Source of the DNA: an uncultured Actinomyces sp.
GTDB taxonomy: Bacteria > Actinomycetota > Actinomycetes > Actinomycetales > Actinomycetaceae
Assembly: GCA_964345585.1 (NCBI GenBank)
Contig: CAYFRT010000001.1
Coordinates: 23,309 to 87,308 of the forward strand
Length of the DNA stretch: 64,000 nucleotides
Direction of reading: 5' to 3'
Shown one piece after another: positions 39,352 through 48,784 of this stretch. The notes beneath the pieces are model-generated. The model saw only the letters and a program-made list of their open reading frames with translations. It had not been told where the DNA came from and did no database searches. The number at the start of each line of letters is the position of its first letter. Within the stretch, counting starts at the first letter, position 1. Made by a program: the position numbers and the translations under genes.

Positions 39352-40223
39352 CCCACACGTTTGAAGAACGCCCGTCAGTGTTAGACAACCCCCGATCTGA
39401 ACGGATCAGGCAGGTTGCGGCACTGAGCGGGCGTTCTTTTCGTAAAAAGAGCGGCAGAATCCTGGTTGAAGGCCCCCAAGCCGTTCGAGAATTGATTCGT
39501 TTCCGTCCCGAAACCCTGGTCGATGTGTATTTCACGCCCGCAGCCTCAACCCGTCATGCGGATGTGTTTGATGAGGCCACCAGGGAAACCCGCTGGGTTC
39601 ACCTCATGTCGGATCAGGTTGGCGACAAGATCAGTCGGGACAGTCAAGGTGTTGTGGCGGTGGCGACGGACCGCGCCGTTTCTGTTCCAGCCGACCAGGC
39701 GAGTCGCGTTTTCGCCCGGGCCGCCACGAACGGCAGCAAGGAACAGGGGGCCTCGTTCTCCGTCCTATTGCCACAGGTGCAGGATCCGGGAAACGTCGGG
39801 ACGATCATTCGGACCGCGGATGCGATGGGCGCCAAGGCTGTCTTCCTAGGCCAAGAGTCCGCGGATCCTTCAAACCCCAAAGTCATTAGGGCCTCTGCAG
39901 GCTCCGTGTTTCACCTCCCGCTGGTGCAAGGAGATTTCACGGACGTGGTTGCACAGATGCGTGGTCTTGGGGCGGAGATAGTCGGCACCGCGCTTGGGGA
40001 ACGGCAAGAAGACTTGAATGAGTGGGTGGACCTCGGGTCCGCTGGGCCACTTGGAGCCCCTCACATGTGGGTATTCGGGAATGAGGCCCGCGGACTGAGC
40101 GAAGATGAAAAGTCTGCCTGCGACCGTCTGGTTCACATTCAAATGGCGGGGGACGCTGAATCGTTGAACGCATCGGCCGCGGCCGCCATTTGCCTCCACG
40201 CTTCAAGCTTCGTCAACCGGTAG
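39348..40223 (+). CDS. TrmH/SpoU-family RNA 2'-O-methyltransferase
   Basis: 291 aa, ATGA overlap with rplT. SpoU motifs ([44 protein letters not shown]). Confidence 0.85.
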   Translation: MTHTFEERPSVLDNPRSERIRQVAALSGRSFRKKSGRILVEGPQAVRELIRFRPETLVDVYFTPAASTRHADVFDEATRETRWVHLMSDQVGDKISRDSQGVVAVATDRAVSVPADQASRVFARAATNGSKEQGASFSVLLPQVQDPGNVGTIIRTADAMGAKAVFLGQESADPSNPKVIRASAGSVFHLPLVQGDFTDVVAQMRGLGAEIVGTALGERQEDLNEWVDLGSAGPLGAPHMWVFGNEARGLSEDEKSACDRLVHIQMAGDAESLNASAAAAICLHASSFVNR

Positions 40224-40353
40224 GCTTACTCTGTGAACTTGAGGAGGGGCTTCGTCACCTCTCGCTTGGCGTTCTCGCTCAATGTTCTCGTTGACCAGAG
40301 GTGTCCAACAACCCTGCCTAGTCACCTCGTCTATCAACTCCGCGGAGGAAAAC

Positions 40354-41349
40354 GTGACTGTAGTCGGTGAACTGAGCGAAGCCCAGATCCTAGGCAGAAT
40401 CGTCCCTCTGCTACCCGAGGGCAACTACACCCGCCTGGGGTCAGGCGATGACGCCGCGATCGTCGAGGCACCGGGTGCAAACTTTGCTGTCACAACAGAC
40501 GTCCTCGTTGACGGGGTTCATTTCCGTCTTGACTGGTCGAACGGTTTCGAGGTGGGGGCGAGGGCGGCTGCACAAAACCTCGCTGACATCGCAGCGATGG
40601 CTGCCACCCCGACCGCGTTGGTGGTTTCCATGGTGCTCCCACCAGACTTGGACATTTCATGGGTGGAGGACTTCGCGTCTGGTCTGGCCGCAGTGGTCTT
40701 TCCCACCGGTGCGGGGGTCGTGGGAGGAGATCTCAGTAGGGGACAGCAACTGGTTGTCTCTGTCACCGCTCATGGACGCCTTGGGGGAAGAGCCGTGACC
40801 AGGTCCGGGGCAAGCCCGGGCGATACCCTCGCCGTCGTGGGGACACTGGGTTTTTCTGCGGCAGGTTACGCGGCATTACAGGCGGGGGTCGTTTCCCCTG
40901 CGTTGCACGGGACGGATGTGCCATATCCGTTTACCGAACCCGTCGAGGTTTATCGGATGCCCCACCCTCCACTCAGTGCAGGTCCATTGGCCGCCCAACG
41001 CGGAGCGACCGCGATGATGGACATCTCTGACGGACTAGTCGTTGATGCCCGCAGGCTCGCAGAAGCCTCAGATGTTGCCATTGATCTGAGCCGTTACGGG
41101 TTGCAAGCCGATGCAGGTGATTTGAAGGATGCAGCAGCGGCATTGGGCGTTGACCCTTATGACTGGATTCTCTACGGCGCTGAAGACCACGGCCTCCTGG
41201 TTGCTTTCCCGCCATACGTGCTGGTGACCGAACCGTTCCGCACCGTGGGAACCATCGGCAAATTCGACCCCACCAGAGCCGCTGATGGTCAACGCGTCAC
41301 GATGGAAGGACGCCCTCTGGGTGAGGGATGGGACCACTTCGGACGGTAG
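40354..41349 (+). CDS. thiL: Thiamine-monophosphate kinase
   Basis: GTG 40354 has GGAGG 5 nt upstream. LGSGDDAAIV, TTDVLVDGVHF, AQNLADIAAMAA, GGDLS and the AIR-synthase-like C-domain. The track ORF start at 40282 adds an unconserved extension. Confidence 0.85.
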   Translation: MTVVGELSEAQILGRIVPLLPEGNYTRLGSGDDAAIVEAPGANFAVTTDVLVDGVHFRLDWSNGFEVGARAAAQNLADIAAMAATPTALVVSMVLPPDLDISWVEDFASGLAAVVFPTGAGVVGGDLSRGQQLVVSVTAHGRLGGRAVTRSGASPGDTLAVVGTLGFSAAGYAALQAGVVSPALHGTDVPYPFTEPVEVYRMPHPPLSAGPLAAQRGATAMMDISDGLVVDARRLAEASDVAIDLSRYGLQADAGDLKDAAAALGVDPYDWILYGAEDHGLLVAFPPYVLVTEPFRTVGTIGKFDPTRAADGQRVTMEGRPLGEGWDHFGR

Positions 41350-41410
41350 CCCCATACTCTGGCGTTCAAGCGGACTCACGCTGGGAGAAAAGCTTACCCC
41401 TATTTCCATA

Positions 41411-41527
41411 ACGCTGTTCCCTGTCCTTAATCCGGTTCCCGGAGCTCTAGGCGTGACCGTTCTTGTCCATCGGGTATTCATAACATGGTATTTAAGGACC
41501 GGGAAGCATTTTAAGGACCGGGAAGGT
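41411..41527. repeat. Non-coding repeat module, copy A (arm - conserved core - 2 x 19-bp units)
   Basis: 41411-41490 aligns ungapped with 54801-54880 at 55 of 80 positions. The blocks CTGTTCC, GGTTCCCGGAGCT and TATTCATAACA are at identical spacing in both copies. The left arm TTCCCTGTCCTTAA is the reverse complement (13 of 14) of TTAAGGACCGGGAA, which is repeated at 41492-41507 and 41511-41526. Confidence 0.8.
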
Positions 41528-41761
41528 CTCCACACCGCTCCAACCCGAGGCTATTCAGGGGGGAAATCACCCGAGCCACCGCCTCTGACACCGGGCTCAC
41601 TACCGAAGAAGGACTCTGGGCCAGAAAAAGACTGGGTGGACAGGTGGCAACCCTAACGACACGCCGCCTAAAACGCCAGGTTTTGGCCGGTAGCTCCGAT
41701 TTCCGGTAGCCCCAATTATGGCCGGTAGTCCGGGTTTAGTGCATGTCCGGGCGAGCACACG

Positions 41762-41799
41762 AAAAGGCCCCTCCGCCGGAAACGACGAGGGGCCCTTTC
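41762..41799 (-). terminator. Rho-independent terminator of rpmB
   Basis: On the minus strand, GAAAGGGCCCCTC-loop-GAGGGGCC is followed by TTTTCG. It begins 12 nt after the rpmB stop. Confidence 0.8.
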
Positions 41800-41810
41800 A
41801 CAAGAGTTAA

Positions 41811-42002
41811 CTAGACTGCACGCTCAAAGCGTTCGCTCTTGATGCAGGTTGTGCAAACGTTCATGCGCTTGGTTTCGCCCTTGACCCGAGCGCGGACGCG
41901 CTGGATGTTCGGGTTGAAGCGGCGGTTGGTGCGCACGTGCGAGTGCGAAACCGACTTGCCGAACTGCGGACCCTTTCCGCAAATGTCGCAAACTGAGGCC
42001 AC
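41811..42002 (-). CDS. rpmB: 50S ribosomal protein L28 (Cys-containing, zinc-ribbon type)
   Basis: 63 aa. [34 protein letters not shown]..., with CxxC pairs at both ends. Confidence 0.95.
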   Translation of the reverse strand: MASVCDICGKGPQFGKSVSHSHVRTNRRFNPNIQRVRARVKGETKRMNVCTTCIKSERFERAV

Positions 42003-42401
42003 GGGTGCTCCTAAAATATCGTCTTATCTGCCTTGCAATCCGCGCCTCCGCGGGGAAGGCGGCGTCAAAGCAACTAACAAAGACTACCCGTTGACAACAG
42101 GCAACAGCAATGTTGAGGCACCTGGTTTGGTGTCATGTCTCCCACACTTAGGGCTTTGGCGGGTTTGGCCTCGTCCAAATTCGCGTTCTCTGGTCGAAGC
42201 GGGGCGAGGTCGAAGCACAGCAGCGCGGACGCGTTAGGACGTGGCCTCGACTGTTCTTGGTCGGGAGGGTTCGGCAGTGTCGGTGGTAGGTGAGACACTG
42301 AGACTGTCGCTGTGGGGGCGACTGAACGAATGCCCGGGGTTGGCATCTGGTCGTATACGGCCGGGTGACTTTCGAGTCTGTTTTTTGGGGGTGCGGAGAA
42401 G

Positions 42402-44561
42402 ATGGCGGTAACGGAACTGGATGCGCCTTTGACTCTTAGGCTGCCCAAAGCGGCGGCTCGTAGGTTGTCGGAAGCCGGGTTTGATACGGTCGAGGATCTT
42501 CTTAGCTATGCGCCTCTTCGCTACTACCAGTGGGGGAAGCTAACTGACATCGGCTCACTGGTAGAGGGGGAGTCTGCCACGTTGCTGGTGGAGGTGGTGA
42601 ACCAGAACCTTCTTCGAAATCGCAATGGAGGATATCGCCTGGTGGTCATAGTCACAGATGGTCATCGGTCGCTGTCGTGCACTTTCTTCGCTAAGAACCC
42701 CTACATGTTGTCCCACCACCAGAGAGTGTTGAAGCCGGGGGCCACTGTACTTGTTAGTGGCAAGGTCAGCAGTTATCGCGGTCAGATGCAGCTGGTCCAG
42801 CCAGAATTTGAGGAAGTGGAGGAAGGGTCAGCGCAGGACGTTGCTCGGCGAGCGGGCCGTCCCATACCGATCTATAGGTCTGTCGCGGGACTGGCTTCTT
42901 GGAAGGTCGCATCGCTCATCGGTTCTCTCCTGGACCAGGTTGAAGAAGATGATGTTCCCCAGGTTTTGGATGAGGACACAATGCGTCGCCACGCTCTTGT
43001 CGGGTATGGGCAAGCGCTGCGAATGCTTCACCAGCCCGAAGTCCCTGTGGATTGGCAGGAAGCGAAACGATCATTAGCGTGGCGGGAGGCGCTGGTTCTT
43101 CAGACCGCGCTGCTTGCAGACCGGGTCCGGGGTGACACGCAGGCGCCGCCGCTCCGGGCGACAAACGGGCTTGATCCCAGCCGCAGTTTGGTTGCTGCCC
43201 TGCAGCGAGGGCTGCCTTTTTCCTTGACTGAAGCGCAGGAACAAGCATGGGCGCAGATATCCGGCGAACTTGAGCAAACGAAACCGATGCAACGCCTACT
43301 GCAGGCAGATGTCGGGGCAGGCAAGACTGTTGTCGCACTCCTCGCCATGGTGCAAACAGTGGAGGCCGGCTACCAGGCGGCGATGCTCGCTCCCACCGAG
43401 GTCCTGGCGCGTCAGCACTACGTATCTTTGACTCGAATGCTCGAAGGGGCAGAGGTCGACATTCCGGTGCATCTTCTTACATCGAAGAGGGCCAGCGCGG
43501 AAAAGAACCAAGTCTTAGCGTCGCTAGCAGCAGGCGAACCCTGCATTGTCGTAGGGACACATGCCTTGATTCAGGAGGGGGTGGAGATCCCTAACCTCGG
43601 TCTGCTCGTTGTCGATGAACAGCACCGTTTCGGTGTTGCACAGCGGGAACACCTGCGGCAAGGGCACGAACTTACACCACACCTTCTGGTAATGACAGCA
43701 ACCCCAATTCCACGGACAATCGCCATGACCGTGTTTGGTGACCTGGACGTTACTGCAATGAAGGGGCTTCCGCCTGGGAGAAAGAAAGTTGACACGTTCC
43801 TCATCGATGAGCGCAATCAGGTCTGGATGGATCGGGTTTGGGAGCGCGCTCGGGAAGAAGTTGATGGGGGAGGCCGTGTGTACGTGGTGTGCCCTCGGAT
43901 AGATCCCGATGAGAAAGACAAAGCGAAAAAGGGTGCAGAGGGAGAGGCGGAAATCCCCTCGGCCCTCGCCACTCTCAAATCCCTGAAGGAAAGCCCCGTT
44001 TTTGAGGGTGTAGAAATAGGTCTGGCGCATGGGAGATTGGCTCCGGCCGATAATGCGCGCACGTTTGCGGACTTCGCGTCCGGAAAAGAACCTGTTCTTG
44101 TTGCGACGACCGTTATCGAAGTTGGCGTGGATGTGCCGGAGGCGACGATGATGGTGATTTTGGGGGGCAACCGGTTTGGCCTTTCCCAACTGCATCAGTT
44201 GCGCGGCAGGGTGGGGCGCTCGGAGCGGGCCAGTGTTTGCATGATTACGCACCCAGGGGATCTAGCGCCGGAGACTGCTGAAAGGATGCGGGTGATCGCT
44301 GGAACCTCGGACGGGTTTGAGCTCGCTGAAGCCGACTTGAGACTTCGCAAAGAAGGTGATGTTTTGGGGAAGAATCAGTCGGGCGCGGTCTCAAGCCTGA
44401 GGTTTTTGTCGGTGCGTGACGACGCGGCCATAATCTCTGGGGCCCGGGACACCGCCACGGAAATACTTCGCCAAGATCCTCAACTTTCTGAGCACACTGC
44501 GTTGGCGGATGCGGTTCGTGCTCGCGCAGGTGAAGAATTGGTGTGGCTAGAAAGAAACTGA
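42402..44561 (+). CDS. recG: ATP-dependent DNA helicase RecG
   Basis: 719 aa. A wedge/OB domain, then the helicase motifs (LLQADVGAGKTVVA, VVDEQHRFGV, MTATPIPRT, ATTVIEVGVDVPEA, LHQLRGRVGR). Confidence 0.95.
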   Translation: MAVTELDAPLTLRLPKAAARRLSEAGFDTVEDLLSYAPLRYYQWGKLTDIGSLVEGESATLLVEVVNQNLLRNRNGGYRLVVIVTDGHRSLSCTFFAKNPYMLSHHQRVLKPGATVLVSGKVSSYRGQMQLVQPEFEEVEEGSAQDVARRAGRPIPIYRSVAGLASWKVASLIGSLLDQVEEDDVPQVLDEDTMRRHALVGYGQALRMLHQPEVPVDWQEAKRSLAWREALVLQTALLADRVRGDTQAPPLRATNGLDPSRSLVAALQRGLPFSLTEAQEQAWAQISGELEQTKPMQRLLQADVGAGKTVVALLAMVQTVEAGYQAAMLAPTEVLARQHYVSLTRMLEGAEVDIPVHLLTSKRASAEKNQVLASLAAGEPCIVVGTHALIQEGVEIPNLGLLVVDEQHRFGVAQREHLRQGHELTPHLLVMTATPIPRTIAMTVFGDLDVTAMKGLPPGRKKVDTFLIDERNQVWMDRVWERAREEVDGGGRVYVVCPRIDPDEKDKAKKGAEGEAEIPSALATLKSLKESPVFEGVEIGLAHGRLAPADNARTFADFASGKEPVLVATTVIEVGVDVPEATMMVILGGNRFGLSQLHQLRGRVGRSERASVCMITHPGDLAPETAERMRVIAGTSDGFELAEADLRLRKEGDVLGKNQSGAVSSLRFLSVRDDAAIISGARDTATEILRQDPQLSEHTALADAVRARAGEELVWLERN

Positions 44562-44583
44562 TTGGACTGGGTAGGGGACTGGT

Positions 44584-45144
44584 ATGACGCGGATCATCGC
44601 GGGTTTGGCGAAGGGGCGCCGACTCGATGTGCCCTCAACGGGGACACGCCCAACATCTGACAAGACGCGGGAGGCGATCTTTTCACGTCTCGATAGTTGG
44701 GGAGTGCTGGAAGGTGCTCGGGTGCTGGATCTGTACGCCGGCTCGGGCGCGCTGGCACTCGAGGCGATTTCTCGCGGCGCTCAGCGTGCTGTCCTCGTCG
44801 ATTCCTCACAGAAGGCGGCGCGTGTGGCCAAGAAGAATGTGGTCACGTGTGGGTTCACGCGAAGTGTGAAAGTGATTGCGCGGTCTGCGCGTTCCTACTT
44901 GGCGTCCCAGGTGGGACAGTTCGATCTGGTGTTTGTCGACCCCCCTTACTCGTTGGGAGAAGACGAACTCAGCCGAACGTTGGAGGACTTGCGTCCCCAC
45001 CTGCATGCAGAGGCGACGGTGATTATTGAACGGGACGCACGTTCTCCTGAGCCGGTGCTCCCTGAAGGTCTTGAACTGTTCGGGCATCGCCGCTGGGGTG
45101 ACACTGCGGCGTGGTTCATCGGCCCCGCCGAAGAGAAAATGTAG
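44584..45144 (+). CDS. rsmD: 16S rRNA (guanine966-N2)-methyltransferase
   Basis: 186 aa. MTRIIAGLAKGRRL..PSTGTRPTSDKTREAIFS, LDLYAGSGALALEAISRGA and FVDPPY. Confidence 0.9.
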   Translation: MTRIIAGLAKGRRLDVPSTGTRPTSDKTREAIFSRLDSWGVLEGARVLDLYAGSGALALEAISRGAQRAVLVDSSQKAARVAKKNVVTCGFTRSVKVIARSARSYLASQVGQFDLVFVDPPYSLGEDELSRTLEDLRPHLHAEATVIIERDARSPEPVLPEGLELFGHRRWGDTAAWFIGPAEEKM

Positions 45145-45153
45145 AGTTACCCC

Positions 45154-45642
45154 ATGTCTACGGCGATTTTTCCCGGTTCATTTGACCCCGTCACAATAGG
45201 CCACTTGGACCTGATCACTCGCGCAGCTCACGTCTTTGATGAGGTGATTGTTGCGGTGGGGGTGAACCCCGGCAAGCGCGGGTGGTTGACTGTCGAACAA
45301 CGGGTGGACCTTCTGGCTCAGGCGATCGCTGAAGAGAACCCGCACGCCAATATTCGGGTCATATCGTTCGAGGGCTTGCTGGTCGACGCCGCCAAAGAAG
45401 CGGGGGCAGACGTGATCTTGAAAGGGGTTAGAACCGCGAGGGATTTCGACAGTGAATATGCTCAGGCGGCGGCAAACCGTGACCTGAGTGGGATTGAAAC
45501 CATGCTTTTGCCCTCGTCTCCCCAGTGGCAGTACATTTCCTCCACACTGGTGCGCGAAATACACGCTTCCGGTGGGAGCATTAGACGATATGTTCCGCCC
45601 GCAGTTAACCAATGGGTGACAGAATCAGGCATGACTTTGTGA
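45154..45642 (+). CDS. coaD: Phosphopantetheine adenylyltransferase
   Basis: 162 aa. IFPGSFDPVTIGHLDLI, ILKGVRTARDFDSEY and ISSTLVREI. Confidence 0.95.
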   Translation: MSTAIFPGSFDPVTIGHLDLITRAAHVFDEVIVAVGVNPGKRGWLTVEQRVDLLAQAIAEENPHANIRVISFEGLLVDAAKEAGADVILKGVRTARDFDSEYAQAAANRDLSGIETMLLPSSPQWQYISSTLVREIHASGGSIRRYVPPAVNQWVTESGMTL

Positions 45643-45732
45643 CGCAGGGGAGCGGCACCAAGCAACCCGTTAAAAATATACGTATGTTGGATACCAGGAG
45701 CGCTTAAGCGAGCCCTGCCTAAGGAGAGACAG

Positions 45733-46467
45733 ATGCCCGAAAGATACGAAGAAGAAATCCAGGTCTCAGAAGAGTCGGCCTACGTCGAAAATGACTATGA
45801 GCCTGCTCCTGCGTATGGCCCCTCGACAGTGATCGCTGCGCTGGATCAGATCGATATTTTGGTGGAGAACGCACGTGCGGTGCCACTGTCGGCAAATGTC
45901 GTTCTCAATAAAGCGGAGATCGTCGATTTGGTTGGGCAGGCACGTGACGCGTTGCCGGAAGACCTCGTGGCAGCCGATGCTGTGGTTGCGGATGCCGACG
46001 CTGTCTTGGACAGGGCCGACAGTGCAGCAGAGGCGGCAATCGGAGAAGCAAACGCTAAGGCGCGCTCGCTCCTGGAAGATGCGCGGGAACGGGCGGACTC
46101 AATCCTGTCAGAAGCACGTGACGAAGCAGCCCGCGCGTTAGAACGCGCTCAGGAAGAAGCCTCCCACATGGCTGCACGCGCGAAGAAAGAAGCAGAAGAC
46201 CTTCTCGCTGACGCTAACGCCCAGGCAGAACGGTTGATCTCTGCCGACTCGATTACGGCGTTGTCCCGGAGTCGGGCTGAAGAACTGATGATCAAGAGCC
46301 GGAAAGAAGCGGAAAAGCTTCGTGAAGGCGCCGACAATTACGTGTCCCACACACTGGGGCAGACTTCTGAGGTGTTGAAAGACCTTCTCCGTCGAACGGA
46401 AGCAGGTCTGCGAGCCGTTTCTGATCGGCACACCTCAGAAAACGTTGACATCAGCATTGACGAATAG
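45733..46467 (+). CDS. Conserved actinobacterial coiled-coil protein (mycobacterial Rv2927c-like)
   Basis: 244 aa. ALDQIDILVENARAVPLSANVVLNKAEIVDLVGQARDALPEDL, followed by Ala/Glu/Arg-rich coiled coil. It has the same position (before yceD-rnc-mutM) and the same N-terminal pattern as the mycobacterial protein as I remember it. Confidence 0.65.
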   Translation: MPERYEEEIQVSEESAYVENDYEPAPAYGPSTVIAALDQIDILVENARAVPLSANVVLNKAEIVDLVGQARDALPEDLVAADAVVADADAVLDRADSAAEAAIGEANAKARSLLEDARERADSILSEARDEAARALERAQEEASHMAARAKKEAEDLLADANAQAERLISADSITALSRSRAEELMIKSRKEAEKLREGADNYVSHTLGQTSEVLKDLLRRTEAGLRAVSDRHTSENVDISIDE

Positions 46468-46482
46468 GATACGAACACAAAG

Positions 46483-47082
46483 GTGAACGATAAGAATTTG
46501 GTGATTCCTCTCCACGACCAGCCCGTTGAAATCGGTGCAAGGACCGAAACACAGTTGGACTGGACCGTTCCAGCGGGATGGCAGACGGAGGTGCTCCGTC
46601 TGGAGGAAGGAACCCAGATACCGGTATCTGTTGCCATCACCACGATCGATGATGGGGTGGTGGTGGAGGCATCCGGATTTGCCTCCCTAAAGGGACAGTG
46701 CATTCGGTGTCTGAAGGACATCGAATTGCCAGAGCATTTTCAAGCGAGCGACATTTTCGTCTACCCGGACGCCGTCGCCCCAAGGAAAGAGCGGAAAGGC
46801 GCCGGGGACGCAACCATTGAGGTTTCCGGAGACGAAATTGATCCCGACCTTCTAATAGACCGGGAAACAGTCAACATTGAACCGCTGCTCCGGGACGCCA
46901 TATTCGCTGATGCTCCGTTCCAACCGGTCTGTTCCGAAGATTGCCTGGGTATCTGTGAGCATTGCGGCGTGTTGCTTGCGGACGCTGAGCCGGGCCACAA
47001 ACACGAGTTCTTGGACCCCCGCTTCGAAGTGCTGGCCGACTTCTTCTCCAAAGATGAAGTGGATGACGAGGGTGCCGAGTGA
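46483..47082 (+). CDS. YceD/DUF177 family protein
   Basis: 199 aa. The Cys pattern CIRCL...CSEDCLGICEHCG and the acidic tail are typical of DUF177. Confidence 0.85.
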   Translation: MNDKNLVIPLHDQPVEIGARTETQLDWTVPAGWQTEVLRLEEGTQIPVSVAITTIDDGVVVEASGFASLKGQCIRCLKDIELPEHFQASDIFVYPDAVAPRKERKGAGDATIEVSGDEIDPDLLIDRETVNIEPLLRDAIFADAPFQPVCSEDCLGICEHCGVLLADAEPGHKHEFLDPRFEVLADFFSKDEVDDEGAE

Positions 47083-47792
47083 GTCGTAAGCCGAAGGCTG
47101 GGGCAAAGAACGATGACATCGCAGACCTGGTGACAAAATGGGGCGCCCCAGTCGATCCGGAACTCCTTGTTTTGGCGCTCACGCACCGCTCGTTCGCTAA
47201 CGAAATGGGTGGGTTGCCGAACAACGAACGCCTCGAGTTCCTCGGTGACTCTGTCCTGTCCATCATTGCCACGGAGAGCCTTTACACAACGCACCCTGAC
47301 GTGCCTGAAAGCGACTTAGCGAAGATGCGTTCCGCTGTTGTGTCCCAGACTCCGTTGGCCGAGGTCGCCCGAGGCCTAGGGCTTGGTTCCTACATCCTCC
47401 TCGGTGTTGGGGAGGATAAGACCGGTGGTCGGAACAAAGACTCCATCCTCTCCGACACCCTGGAAGCGTTGCTGGGCGCCACGTACATCTGCAACGGCTT
47501 GGAGATCACACGGGCGACCTTGCTCCGCCACCTCCAGCCGATTTTGGACCGGGCGGCCGACCCCGATTCAACCATGGATTGGAAGACCCCACTTCGGGAC
47601 ATTCTCCCCAAGTTGGGGTTGGGGGAACTCCGTTTTGAAGTCATCGGCGAAGGCCCAGACCACGACCGCCACTACTACGCTTCGGCTTTTGCTGGCAAAG
47701 AGTTCCTCGCAAAAGGCGACGGCAGTTCGCGCCGGCACGCGGAAAATCAAGCAGCTAGGGTGGCCTACCTACGTCTGAACGAAGATGCCTGA
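47079..47792 (+). CDS. rnc: Ribonuclease III
   Basis: 237 aa. NERLEFLGDSVL (RNase III signature), DTLEALLGA and a C-terminal dsRBD. Confidence 0.95.
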   Translation: MSRKPKAGAKNDDIADLVTKWGAPVDPELLVLALTHRSFANEMGGLPNNERLEFLGDSVLSIIATESLYTTHPDVPESDLAKMRSAVVSQTPLAEVARGLGLGSYILLGVGEDKTGGRNKDSILSDTLEALLGATYICNGLEITRATLLRHLQPILDRAADPDSTMDWKTPLRDILPKLGLGELRFEVIGEGPDHDRHYYASAFAGKEFLAKGDGSSRRHAENQAARVAYLRLNEDA

Positions 47793-48702
47793 ACTGCCGG
47801 AGGTTGAAACAATCCGGAAGGGCCTCCAAGCCCGCGTGGTTGGAAAAACCATTCGGGTTGCAGAAGGGGAGGGCGGGCGCCTAACCCGGAACAACCCTGG
47901 CGGGGCTGAGCAAGTCCGCTCCGCGCTAGCAGGGTCGAAGATTATCTCGGTGGAACGCCGCGGCAAGTTCATGTGGTGGGTGTTGGATGGCCCAGAAGAC
48001 AGCCTGGTTGTTCACTTGGGCATGTCCGGACAGGTACGCACCAGTAGCGCAGATCCGGAGTTGACGAACGAAGAGTCCTTTCAAAAAGGTCCCGAACTGG
48101 GACGCCACGAGCACCTCCGACTCACCCTTGATGACGGCAGCCAAGTGCACTTCATTGACCCCAGAATGTTTGGTCAACTCACCCTCTCAACGCTTGTAGA
48201 AGATGCAACGGGTAGGCTAATCCCCTCGTCCGCCGCCCATATCGCGCCTGACGTGCTGGAACTGGAAGCTGACCACGCGGTTGACCAATTGGTGAAACAG
48301 TTTAAGTCCCGGAACCGGTTCGTGAAGACGATGCTCCTGGATCAGCAGATAGTCTCAGGAATCGGAAACATTTACGCGGATGAAGCGCTGTTTGCCAGCG
48401 GCATCCAAGGGGCGAGGCAAGCGGCGAAGCTGCCTCTGCCGAAACTGCGAACACTTATTCAAGAATGCCGCAGCGTGACGCGGCGCGCAGTCAAAGTGGG
48501 TGGCACGTCCTTTGATGATCTTTACGTGGATGTCGACGGGAACCCAGGCTACTTCGAGAGAGAACTGTTCGTGTACGGCAGAGAAGATCACCCCTGCCGA
48601 AGGTGCGGCACAACCGTAAAGCGGATAACCCTCCAGGGCCGGTCTCACTTCTTCTGCCCACGTTGTCAACCGAAGCCGCGGGCCACCAAAACTCCGCAGT
48701 GA
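47785..48702 (+). CDS. mutM: Formamidopyrimidine-DNA glycosylase
   Basis: 305 aa. MPELPEVETIRKGL, an H2TH region and a C-terminal zinc finger CRRCG..FFCPRCQ. Confidence 0.95.
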   Translation: MPELPEVETIRKGLQARVVGKTIRVAEGEGGRLTRNNPGGAEQVRSALAGSKIISVERRGKFMWWVLDGPEDSLVVHLGMSGQVRTSSADPELTNEESFQKGPELGRHEHLRLTLDDGSQVHFIDPRMFGQLTLSTLVEDATGRLIPSSAAHIAPDVLELEADHAVDQLVKQFKSRNRFVKTMLLDQQIVSGIGNIYADEALFASGIQGARQAAKLPLPKLRTLIQECRSVTRRAVKVGGTSFDDLYVDVDGNPGYFERELFVYGREDHPCRRCGTTVKRITLQGRSHFFCPRCQPKPRATKTPQ

Positions 48703-48754
48703 TTTCGGGGCGGGACTGCCGGCGTAAAGTGGTGCCCGGTGGGACCCGAGCGCA

Positions 48755-48774
48755 TCTGGGACTTTTCTCCCGTA
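48755..48774 (+). promoter_or_regulatory. DosR-box-like imperfect palindrome upstream of the response regulator
   Basis: TCTGGGACTTTTCTCCCGTA has the core GGGAC-TTTT-CTCCC. This compares with the mycobacterial DosR core GGGAC-TWWA-GTCCC as I remember it. TATCAT lies at 48773-48778 and the first possible start codon, a GTG, at 48785. Confidence 0.35.
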
Positions 48775-48784
48775 TCATAGACGC

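Noticed and set aside
41434-41485. Promoter readings of the module core. These were an ECF-type GGAAC...CGTT reading, and TGTTATGAAT on the minus strand as an extended -10.
   Set aside because: The GGAAC-to-CGTT spacing is wrong (~21 nt in copy A, absent in copy B). Neither strand has a TAnnnT hexamer conserved in both copies. This leaves no support for a specific sigma-factor assignment.
41068-41656. ORFs 41285..41656 (+) and 41068..41535 (-) considered as coding explanations for the thiL-rpmB spacer. ORFs 54547..54747, 54882..55076 and 54381..54632 were considered for the cydB-cydD spacer.
   Set aside because: They overlap thiL or a terminator. They share no similarity between the two loci. 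The differences between the two module copies are not 3-periodic.
41350-41810. Known housekeeping RNAs (tRNA, RNase P RNA, tmRNA, SRP RNA) in the large spacers.
   Set aside because: No cloverleaf or CCA-type end is present. Only a short GTCCGGGC match exists to the RNase P P4 region, without the rest of the conserved core. The context also does not fit ssrA or ffs.
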